Positions 40,291 to 48,082 of a stretch of 64,000 bases of DNA are shown here, one piece after another. The DNA is from Deltaproteobacteria bacterium (GTDB lineage Bacteria > Desulfobacterota > Dissulfuribacteria > Dissulfuribacterales > UBA3076). The stretch's first letter is position 1. Every line of letters starts with the position of its first letter. Position numbers and translations under genes: made by a program. Where the stretch lies: positions 65,992 through 129,991 of the forward strand of contig JAGYNZ010000003.1 in NCBI GenBank assembly GCA_018399745.1. The letters are read 5' to 3'. The notes under the pieces are model-generated. The model saw only the letters and a program-made list of their open reading frames with translations. It did not search any database and was not told where the DNA came from.

Positions 40291-40498
40291 GAAGCGGATT
40301 TTTAATGGTCAGGGTTGATTGTGTCAAGGCTCCTGATAGGAAAGCTGATAGGCTGATAGGAAATCGCTTTCCAGAGATTGGCGAGAGATGGACTATTTAA
40401 CACTGAATTGTGGGCCCCAAATCTCCTCAGACTCCACTTTTACCAATTCCTATAACATGAAAATCGTGCATCACGATCGGGATCGGGCTGTCAAGAAA

Positions 40499-40720
40499 TC
40501 AGATGGTATTTTTGGGTCTGTCCTGAGGTATAAAAGGCCTGAACTGGACTCCTGCAACACAAATTGCCCCGTTTTTTAGGAAAAGGCCGGCAGCAACTAT
40601 GGCATGAAGATGGGGATGAAACCTGGCGTGATCTCCAAAGGTGTGAATGACCATCACAAGGCATTGAATCCCTTCCGGGAGGCCAAGCACAGCACTTTGA
40701 TTGCGGCTTGACTTTAGCAA
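40499..40720 (-). pseudogene. IS91-family (Y2/HUH) transposase fragment 1
   Basis: Only a short piece remains: LVMVIHTFGDHARFHPHLHAIVAAGLFLKNG, the IS91-type HxH catalytic region. There are no flanking transposase domains. Confidence 0.6.
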
Positions 40721-40736
40721 TGATTGTAATTACAAT
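40708..40736 (+). promoter_or_regulatory. Sigma-70-type promoter for mazEF with an overlapping palindromic operator
   Basis: TTGACT, 17 nt, TACAAT. The perfect 12-bp palindrome TTGTAATTACAA (40724-40735) overlaps the spacer and -10 element. An AGGAG Shine-Dalgarno precedes ATG 40781. Confidence 0.5.
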
Positions 40737-40780
40737 AATTACAAATTGAAAATTCAATTCAATCTTAAGGAGCAAAATCC

Positions 40781-41053
40781 ATGGAAAATCAAATACGATC
40801 AAGGGATGCTAAGCTGGTCCCCATTGGAAATTCCAAGGGAGTTCGCATACCCAAGGCGCTTCTTCAAAAATATGGCCTGAGAAACCCTCTTTTAATCGAA
40901 GAAACAGACAAAGGACTGCTTCTTCGTAGTAAAGAAGAAAGCAAGCTTTCTTGGGAAGATACCTATAAATCCATGGCCAGTGAAAAGGAAAATTGGGACG
41001 ATTTTAATACAACGCTTCTTGATGGCCTGGAGGATGAGGGCTTTGAGTATTAA
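40781..41053 (+). CDS. mazE: AbrB/MazE-family antitoxin
   Basis: 90 aa with the SpoVT/AbrB-like motif VPIGNSKGVRIPKALL and an acidic C-terminus. Confidence 0.8.
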   Translation: MENQIRSRDAKLVPIGNSKGVRIPKALLQKYGLRNPLLIEETDKGLLLRSKEESKLSWEDTYKSMASEKENWDDFNTTLLDGLEDEGFEY

Positions 41054-41369
41054 AAGGTACGAAATATATTTTGCGGATCTCAATCCAACCATAGGGAGCG
41101 AAATAAAAAAAGTGCGTCCCGTCGTCATAATTAGCCAGGATGAAATGAATAAATATTTGGATACAGTCGTTGTCTGTCCATTAACCTCTAAATTGCATCC
41201 ACTATGGAGAACTCGGATCCAGATAAAATGCGCGAAAAAAAATGCTGAAATTGCTGTTGACCAAATTCGCACCATTAGCAAGCAAAGGTTGCAAAATAAA
41301 CTTGATAAGTTATCCGATATCAAAGCCGCCCAGTTACGAAAACTGATAACTGATATGTATGGCGAATAA
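41034..41369 (+). CDS. mazF: MazF/PemK-family endoribonuclease toxin
   Basis: YEIYFADLNPTIGSEIKKVRPVVIIS ... VVVCPLTS ... VDQIRTISKQRL. The start overlaps the mazE 3' end by 20 nt. Confidence 0.85.
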   Translation: MRALSIKRYEIYFADLNPTIGSEIKKVRPVVIISQDEMNKYLDTVVVCPLTSKLHPLWRTRIQIKCAKKNAEIAVDQIRTISKQRLQNKLDKLSDIKAAQLRKLITDMYGE

Positions 41370-41503
41370 TCATTTTTTCAGAAGAATTACCTCCTGCATT
41401 TCGGCGTCAAAGAGAATTCCCCCACCCTTGCTAACCAAAATTGCTGCAATAAGCCCAGCATTATTTTACTCCAAGTTATAGGTGGAGACGGCTGTCCAGG
41501 TGA

Positions 41504-41690
41504 CTGAGCGCCGGGTTATTGCTTGAATCTGTTGACAGACCCGCTCTTGAATCTTTGCCTGACTGGCCTTATGAATACGCGGAAAGAAAAAGCGCTACGG
41601 TGAACATCAATTATCATGTAACCTTCAACAATCACTGTTACAGTATTCCCTATACCCTTATTGATGAAGTCCGGGACGTAGTTGACTATG
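41504..41690 (+). pseudogene. IS21-family IstA transposase internal fragment
   Basis: LESVDRPALESLPDWPYEYAERKSATVNINYHVTFNNHCYSIPYTLI matches the conserved IstA segment (..RPAL.PLP..PYE.A.W..A.VN.DYH...D.H.YSVPY.L). About 60 codons, with no start context. Confidence 0.6.
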
Positions 41691-41931
41691 TCGTATCCAG
41701 GCCAGCCGTCATCAAAATCTTGGCTATCTTGCCCTTGCGTTTAAACATGGCCAGGATACAGGACCGGAAGATTCTCTCAAGCTGCTTTATCCTGAATCTG
41801 GGAAGCACATAAAAGGTTCCGTTCTTTCGGAAAAGGCCGTCAGCAACTATAGCATGAAGATACGGATGAAACCTGGCGTAATCTCCAAAGGTGTGAATGA
41901 CCATCACAAGGCCTGGAATTCCGGGATTCAA
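41686..41931 (-). pseudogene. IS91-family transposase fragment 2
   Basis: LVMVIHTFGDYARFHPYLHAIVADGLFRKNGTFYVLP... It shares a 92-bp segment (41821-41912) with 40571-40662, 7 mismatches by hand count. Confidence 0.6.
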
Positions 41932-41933
41932 TT

Positions 41934-42203
41934 TTAGCCAACCCCCTCAGAATATTGGGACCTGCTTTTTATATACAAAAGGAGAGGGAGATTGAGGCCG
42001 CGCTTGATGAACATGAACAATTGAGGAACGCATGCTTGCCGGATAGCGTCTCTCGACAGATTTGGATAACCATCGAGTAAATCTTCAAAAGAGGCGCCTT
42101 CACCCAATTTTTTTACGATGAGGTCAACAGGAATCCTGGTTTCTTTGATGACGGGTTTCCCCGGCATCACTTCCTGTTTGGTCTCTATCATGTCATAGGC
42201 ATT
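41934..42203 (-). CDS. DUF433-domain protein (antitoxin-like), possibly C-terminally disrupted
   Basis: The PGKPVIKETRIPVDLIVKKLGEGASFEDLLDGYPNLSRDAIRQA pattern is typical of DUF433. The sequence after that point looks unrelated and abuts the IS91 fragment. Confidence 0.6.
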   Translation of the reverse strand, partial: NAYDMIETKQEVMPGKPVIKETRIPVDLIVKKLGEGASFEDLLDGYPNLSRDAIRQACVPQLFMFIKRGLNLPLLLYIKSRSQYSEGVG

Positions 42204-42406
42204 CATAACATCTCTCCATTGATGACCAACGTATATATTCAAAACTTTATAAAGCATCGGAATGATCCTATAACAGTACAGTCATTTCTGGAAAAATCCG
42301 AATGACTCGTGTAAAAAGTTTATGAACAAGTCCTTATCGGAGAAAAATTATCATCAATCAGAAAACCGGAAATGATGCCAGGGGCCCTGTTATATCCTTT
42401 CATCCC

Positions 42407-43207
42407 ATGATTAAAGGCGACATATTTTACTGGGAAAGGAGGATTTGGGATGAGCACATGGTTCATGACCTTTCAAGGGCCAGGGCAATCATATTACCAC
42501 AGACGGTGTCCAGAGAACTCCATTCCCTGTGCCACAGCATGTGCGCCAATGTCTTCCCGAACTACAGCATTCGCTTCAAGTGGGAGGGAAAGGTGGGAAA
42601 TACCATGCTGTTCTGGAGTTATGGGATTCCTCATCCGAAAACATGGATTTTTCCTCGAGTGGAGACTATGCTTGGCGATCATCCCGAAATGGGCTGTCGC
42701 CCCAAACTCCCTGATTATCCATTTGTAATCAAAGGAACAAGTGGGGGGGAAGGCTCCCAGATCTGGCTGATAGAAGACGCACAGGACCTGAAGCAAGCGA
42801 CAGAAATACTCAAGTACCTTGAAATACAAGGCATTTTTGGCTTTGTGTTGCAGGAATTTATTCCCGATCTCAAAAGAGATCTCAGGGTTGTGGTCATAGG
42901 AGATCATATCCAGAGTTACTGGCGCTGCAACACATCGGGTTTTTACCACAACATTGCAAAAGGTGGACAAATTGATGCCCGGTCCGATCCGGAGTTGCAA
43001 GCCATAGGTAGAAAGGCGGTAAAAGAGCTGTGCCTGCGGACGGGAATCAATATGGCAGGGTTTGACCTTGTTTTTTCAGAGGGTTCTAATATTTTCCTGT
43101 TTATTGAGATTAATTACACCTTTGGTCGAACCGGTTTAGAAGGCTCTGACGCCTTCTATGAACTTTTGGAAAACGAGGTTACGCAGTGGCTGAAGGCGTG
43201 CGGATAA
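42407..43207 (+). CDS. ATP-grasp (RimK-like ligase) family protein
   Basis: FVIKGTSGGEGSQIWLIED, LQEFIP, DLRVVVIGD and GFDLVF follow the ATP-grasp strand pattern. Confidence 0.75.
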   Translation: MIKGDIFYWERRIWDEHMVHDLSRARAIILPQTVSRELHSLCHSMCANVFPNYSIRFKWEGKVGNTMLFWSYGIPHPKTWIFPRVETMLGDHPEMGCRPKLPDYPFVIKGTSGGEGSQIWLIEDAQDLKQATEILKYLEIQGIFGFVLQEFIPDLKRDLRVVVIGDHIQSYWRCNTSGFYHNIAKGGQIDARSDPELQAIGRKAVKELCLRTGINMAGFDLVFSEGSNIFLFIEINYTFGRTGLEGSDAFYELLENEVTQWLKACG

Positions 43208-43254
43208 CACGGAAGATCTCATAACATTTTAATGTATTTGTAGTCGTTAACGGC

Positions 43255-43355
43255 TTGAAATTGGAAATTGGAAAGTAGAAATTGGAGCAAGTGGTAAGAA
43301 AAAATTTAATACACCCTAACAGTACAAAAGCATAAAGGCCAAGTTTCCAATTTTT
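43255..43355. repeat. Diverged heptamer-array hairpin element (copy C)
   Basis: Left arm GAAATTG GAAATTG GAAAGTA GAAATTG. The right arm TTTCCAATTT can pair with AAATTGGAAA. Its centre is unrelated to copies A and B. Confidence 0.4.
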
Positions 43356-43444
43356 AGTTTAAACGTTTAGCGAACGCTTATTATATTTGTTTAAACGTAA
43401 TAATATCTAGATATTTAAAGTTGCAGGTAGCTCAGGAGTTTTAT

Positions 43445-44272
43445 ATGACATCCCAAATACGTGTAATAGTTACATCAGGATACGGAACCAACTGTGAGAT
43501 GGAAACGGCCAATGCATGCAGACTGGCCGGTGCGGATCACGTTGATATAGTACACCTCAGTGATCTTCTTGACGGAAGCGTACGCCTGGACGACTATCAT
43601 TTCTTGAACCTGCCTGGCGGATTTTTAGATGGCGATAATCTGGGGGCCGCACAGGCCGGGGCCCACAGGCTTCGAAATGCCAGGGTCAAGGGTACAGGTG
43701 AACGTTTGCTGGATCAACTCCTGAAATTTGTGAGAAAAGGGGGCCTGGTACTGGGAGTATGCAATGGTTTTCAGTTGATGGCGAAGACCGGTCTTTTGCC
43801 TGGTTTCGATGGGGATTTTGAGAAACGTTATGTAAGTCTGGCCCATAATGATTCCGGCAGATTTGAAGATCGCTGGGTCACCTGCAAAGTCCCTCCGGGC
43901 TCTTCTTGCATATTCACGCGCGGGATAGACCGTATTGAGTTACCGGTAAGACATGGCGAAGGAAAATTCGTAACAATTGACAGATCGTCAAGGAACAGGC
44001 TGGTGACAGACGGCCTTATTGCACTTCAGTATATATCGCCTGTAACAGGGAAGCCCACGCAAGACTACCCCTGCAACCCAAACGGTTCAGAGCTTGCCAT
44101 AGCGGGTATTTGCGATACTACAGGCAGACTCATGGGCCTGATGCCTCATCCGGAGGCATTTCATCACAGGACCAACCATCCACGGTGGACAAGGGAAGTG
44201 CTGCCCGAGGAAGGGGCAGGACTGGCCTTTTTCCGAAATGCCATGGACTATTTGCGTAAGGAGCTCGGCTAA
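43445..44272 (+). CDS. purQ: Phosphoribosylformylglycinamidine synthase glutaminase subunit
   Basis: Class I amidotransferase with GVCNGFQL (nucleophile Cys), PVRHGEGKF and MPHPE. I placed the start at the ATG (MTSQIRV). Confidence 0.75.
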   Translation: MTSQIRVIVTSGYGTNCEMETANACRLAGADHVDIVHLSDLLDGSVRLDDYHFLNLPGGFLDGDNLGAAQAGAHRLRNARVKGTGERLLDQLLKFVRKGGLVLGVCNGFQLMAKTGLLPGFDGDFEKRYVSLAHNDSGRFEDRWVTCKVPPGSSCIFTRGIDRIELPVRHGEGKFVTIDRSSRNRLVTDGLIALQYISPVTGKPTQDYPCNPNGSELAIAGICDTTGRLMGLMPHPEAFHHRTNHPRWTREVLPEEGAGLAFFRNAMDYLRKELG

Positions 44273-44381
44273 AGGACGTTTTGTGCACCGCATAACCCAA
44301 AGTCTCTTTGCAAATTGACGCGCTATATACCGTCTGGGCTTTGCTGTGGATACTGATCATTTTCTGTAGAACAAAAAGACT

Positions 44382-45104
44382 ATGCCTGAATTTATGGCTC
44401 AGACCTTGGTGCGCCTGCTTAAGTATTTAAGGCGTTTTCTACTGGAAACTGCGATCAGCTTTGCAGTAGTCACTGCCATTATGTACTTGCTTGGTCCTCG
44501 TTTCCTGGCCTTTCTTCAGTCCCGTTTCCAACAGGACCTGGCCTTTTTTGGAGTACTGGAGCCGATACTGGCCCTGCTCAAGCTCTCAAGCGTTGGGACA
44601 TTAATTCTTCTGGCACCCTGGATAGTATGGCGTATATCCCAGGGGCTGGTTGATGTCCTTGGTTTTTCGAGAAAATCATCTCTGATGTTTATGCTGTCAG
44701 CGCTTTTGCTCTTTTATGCAGGAATCCTTTTCTGCTTTTTCATAACCCTTCCATTTGGAATAAATTTCCTCCTTGATTACCAGTCAGAACACCTGAGGCC
44801 GGTAATAGCTGTGGAAAAATTTGTGAATTTTATCGCACTCTTTCTGATCGGCTTCGGCATGATCTTTGAAATTCCATTGATCATGACACTGCTCTGTAGA
44901 CTGAAAATCTGCACTCCTCAATTCTTTGGGAGATATAGACGCTACGCGATTCTAATAATTGCCATAATGGCTGCCATGCTCACTCCCACTGGAGATATCT
45001 TCAATATGGCCATGATGGCAGTGCCCCTGTATGTCCTTTACGAGGCAGGAATAATTATAGCAGGGATGGTAAATCATCCCTCCACTTACCTTGACAAGAC
45101 CTAG
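44382..45104 (+). CDS. tatC: Twin-arginine translocase subunit TatC
   Basis: 240 aa with about six hydrophobic helices and TatC-like FEIPLIM and LTPTGD...PLYVLYE motifs. Confidence 0.8.
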   Translation: MPEFMAQTLVRLLKYLRRFLLETAISFAVVTAIMYLLGPRFLAFLQSRFQQDLAFFGVLEPILALLKLSSVGTLILLAPWIVWRISQGLVDVLGFSRKSSLMFMLSALLLFYAGILFCFFITLPFGINFLLDYQSEHLRPVIAVEKFVNFIALFLIGFGMIFEIPLIMTLLCRLKICTPQFFGRYRRYAILIIAIMAAMLTPTGDIFNMAMMAVPLYVLYEAGIIIAGMVNHPSTYLDKT

Positions 45105-45182
45105 CCATTCTATATAGTGCAGGATTCACACTAAAAGCTTTAGTAATCTGAAAAACCAGGCCGTCGGCCTTAACAGCATTTG

Positions 45183-45731
45183 ATGATCAAAGTTCTAAGA
45201 GGTTTTAGATATACCGTCCCTGTCGAGGACATTCCGGAAAACGGTCTGCATCTGGTCTTTGAAGACATATCCGGGGTCCTAGCAGATGCAGAGGAGTGCA
45301 GAATACAGGATACTGCAAAGGGGGAGGTCTTTCTCCACCGTGTTGATGGTGATGTGCATGTAAACGGTAATGTGGCGGCCGTAATTGCCATCAGGTGTGA
45401 TCGCTGCCTGGAGGAGTATAACCAGGAGATAGATACCTCTTTTTTCTATACATTGGTCCCCAGCCAATCGGTAGAGGGGAAAAAAGAAATAGCCCTCGAG
45501 AAAGAAGACATGGAGGTATCCTTTTATAATGGTGCTGAAATCCAGATCGGGGAAATATTCCGAGAACAGATTCTGCTACAAATTCCTATGCGTCACGTCT
45601 GCAGAGAAGACTGCAAAGGCATCTGCTCCGGGTGCGGTGCGGACCTTAATATAGAGAAGTGCCGTTGCCGTTCAGAAATTTTGGATAACCCCTTTAGTGT
45701 ATTAAAAGAACTGGGGCAAGCGGCTAAATGA
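45183..45731 (+). CDS. yceD: YceD/DUF177 family protein
   Basis: CDRCLEEY and CSGCGADLN Cys motifs. It occupies the conserved position upstream of rpmF. Confidence 0.8.
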   Translation: MIKVLRGFRYTVPVEDIPENGLHLVFEDISGVLADAEECRIQDTAKGEVFLHRVDGDVHVNGNVAAVIAIRCDRCLEEYNQEIDTSFFYTLVPSQSVEGKKEIALEKEDMEVSFYNGAEIQIGEIFREQILLQIPMRHVCREDCKGICSGCGADLNIEKCRCRSEILDNPFSVLKELGQAAK

Positions 45732-45831
45732 GTATACTCTGAGGTTATTTTGTCTGGATAAATAAAAGTAACCCAACACAGCATATATGATTGTGAAAAC
45801 TAAAATATTACAGGTTAAGAGGTATTGAGAA

Positions 45832-46017
45832 ATGGCAGTTCCCAAGAGAAAGAGTTCACGTTCACGCAAGGGAAAGCGTCGCTCGCATGACGCAATTCGT
45901 ATACCGAATCTTTCAACATGCCCGCAATGTACAGAGCCCAAGCTCCCCCACAGGATTTGTCCCCAGTGTGGTACTTATAGGGGAAAAGTATTCAATGAAG
46001 CAAAAGATTTAGACTAG
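45832..46017 (+). CDS. rpmF: 50S ribosomal protein L32
   Basis: 61 aa, MAVPKRKSSRSRKGKRRSH with CPQC...CPQC. Confidence 0.95.
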   Translation: MAVPKRKSSRSRKGKRRSHDAIRIPNLSTCPQCTEPKLPHRICPQCGTYRGKVFNEAKDLD

Positions 46018-46020
46018 AAA

Positions 46021-47028
46021 ATGTCTGTAGCAATAGATGCCATGGGGGGTGATCGGGCCCCTGATGCCCTGGTAAGGGGCGCAATCAACGCGGCCAGAGA
46101 TCACGGTGTCGAGATCATTTTGGTCGGAATAGAAGATATGCTGAGGGAAACGCTTAAGCGGCAGGGCGGGAGTAATTTGCCCATAAGCATATATCCTGCC
46201 TCTCAAATAGTTGACATGGAAGAATCCCCGGCTGATTCCCTGAGACACAAAAAAGACTCTTCAATTAGAGTTGCCTTTGAACTTGTGCGTCAAGGAAAGG
46301 CCAAAGCCGTGGTCAGTGCCGGCAACTCAGGGGCTACACTGGCAACAGCCATGGTTGCCCTGGGCCGAATCAATGGCGTTCGACCAGCCATCGCTACGCT
46401 CATGCCGACTCCCAAAAAGCCTGTGGCCATGATAGACGTGGGGGCAAACGTAGATTGCAAACCCATTCATCTGCTCCAGTTCGGAATCATGGGCTCAGTA
46501 TTTGCCGGAGAGCTTTTGAATAATCCTCGACCCAGAGTAGGGCTGTTAAGTATCGGAGAGGAAGACACCAAGGGCAACCAACTCGTAAAAAAGGCATATG
46601 ATCTTCTTGCAGACAGCAAGTTGAACTTTGTTGGGAATGTGGAAGGCGGTGAAGTCTTCAAGGGCGACGTGGATGTAGTAGTATGCGACGGGTTTGTGGG
46701 CAACATATGTCTGAAACTGAGTGAAGGTCTTGCAAAGGCCATTCTTACCATGCTGAAGTCAGAGATTGGTGAAGGTCTTATGGCCGACATGGGGCTTCGT
46801 TTAAAATCCGCCTTCAAGAGATTCTACAAGATAATAGACTACGCCGAGTATGGTGGCGCTCCACTGCTGGGAATCAACGGAATAGCAATAATATGTCACG
46901 GGCTCTCCGCCTCCAAAGCAGTTAAAAATGCAATACAATTAGCCGATGAACTTGCTAAGATAGAATTGGCTGATAAGCTTGAAGACTCTCTAGCCAAAAG
47001 ACAAGATCTATTCAAAGTAGCCCAGTGA
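46021..47028 (+). CDS. plsX: Phosphate acyltransferase
   Basis: 335 aa with IAIDAMGGD, VSAGNSGA and GAPLLGINGIAIICHG. Confidence 0.93.
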   Translation: MSVAIDAMGGDRAPDALVRGAINAARDHGVEIILVGIEDMLRETLKRQGGSNLPISIYPASQIVDMEESPADSLRHKKDSSIRVAFELVRQGKAKAVVSAGNSGATLATAMVALGRINGVRPAIATLMPTPKKPVAMIDVGANVDCKPIHLLQFGIMGSVFAGELLNNPRPRVGLLSIGEEDTKGNQLVKKAYDLLADSKLNFVGNVEGGEVFKGDVDVVVCDGFVGNICLKLSEGLAKAILTMLKSEIGEGLMADMGLRLKSAFKRFYKIIDYAEYGGAPLLGINGIAIICHGLSASKAVKNAIQLADELAKIELADKLEDSLAKRQDLFKVAQ

Positions 47029-47065
47029 TGTCAAAGTCCCCCCCGCCTATAAAAGCCTGATAATC

Positions 47066-48049
47066 ATGTCTATTCGAAGTATAATTATCGGGACGGGATC
47101 CTGCGTACCCAAAAGGGTGGTAACCAACAAGGAGATGGAAAGCCTTGTGGATACCAGCGACGAGTGGATACGCACCAGAACGGGGATACTCCAGCGCCAT
47201 ATCTCTAATGACCGGGAGACCAACTCTTATCTTGCCACACAATCAGCAAGAAAGGCCCTTGATATGGCTTCAGTGCTGCCACAGGATCTGGATCTTATCA
47301 TAGTCGGTACTATGACTCCGGACATGCCGATGCCCTCTGTTGCCTGTCTGGTCCAGAACGAGCTTGGAGCGAAAAAGGCCGCTGCCTTTGACCTGTACGC
47401 CGCCTGTACCAGCTTTCTTTATGCGCTTTCCGTAGCAGACAAATTCATCCGGTTTGCCCCGGACATGAAGGTACTTGTAATCGGAAGTGAAGTACTGTCC
47501 CGGGTTATAAATTGGAAAGACCGGAATACCTGTGTACTCTTTGGAGACGGGGCCGGGGCTGCTGTCATTACCGGCACTAAAGAGGACAGGGGCATTCTGT
47601 CTACCCACCTTCATGCAGATGGTTCCTTGGGAGAGCTTCTTATTTTAAAAGGCCTGGATGTAGATTTGCCGCCTGGTCATTCAACCCTTGAAAAGGGACA
47701 GCAATATATTCAGATGCAGGGTAGAGAGGTCTTTAAACATGCCGTCAAAGCAATGGAGACCGCCGCAAGGGAAGCACTGGAAGCGAATAAATGGAATGAA
47801 GATGATGTGGACCATCTGTTTTCCCATCAGGCCAACGTGCGAATCATTAATTTTTTAGGAGAGAGATTGAGGCTTTCGCAGGAGAAAATCTTTATCAATG
47901 TTCACAAGTATGGTAATACCTCGGCGGCAAGCATACCAATCTGCCTTGATGAAGCTAATCGAACTGGAATTTTGATCCCGGGGCACCGTATTTTAATGGT
48001 CGCTTTCGGAGGTGGTTTCACCTGGGGATCTGTAGCTATGTGCTGGTAA
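47066..48049 (+). CDS. fabH: 3-oxoacyl-ACP synthase III
   Basis: 327 aa with the active-site Cys in AACTSF, plus HQANVRI and GNTSAASIP. Confidence 0.93.
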   Translation: MSIRSIIIGTGSCVPKRVVTNKEMESLVDTSDEWIRTRTGILQRHISNDRETNSYLATQSARKALDMASVLPQDLDLIIVGTMTPDMPMPSVACLVQNELGAKKAAAFDLYAACTSFLYALSVADKFIRFAPDMKVLVIGSEVLSRVINWKDRNTCVLFGDGAGAAVITGTKEDRGILSTHLHADGSLGELLILKGLDVDLPPGHSTLEKGQQYIQMQGREVFKHAVKAMETAAREALEANKWNEDDVDHLFSHQANVRIINFLGERLRLSQEKIFINVHKYGNTSAASIPICLDEANRTGILIPGHRILMVAFGGGFTWGSVAMCW

Positions 48050-48082
48050 TATTTATACTGATTGGAGAATAAGGATTTTCTA

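Noticed and set aside
40388-40579. A 63-aa plus-strand ORF at the left edge of the island.
   Set aside because: It lies across IS91-fragment debris, with no Shine-Dalgarno and no motifs. It is probably non-coding.
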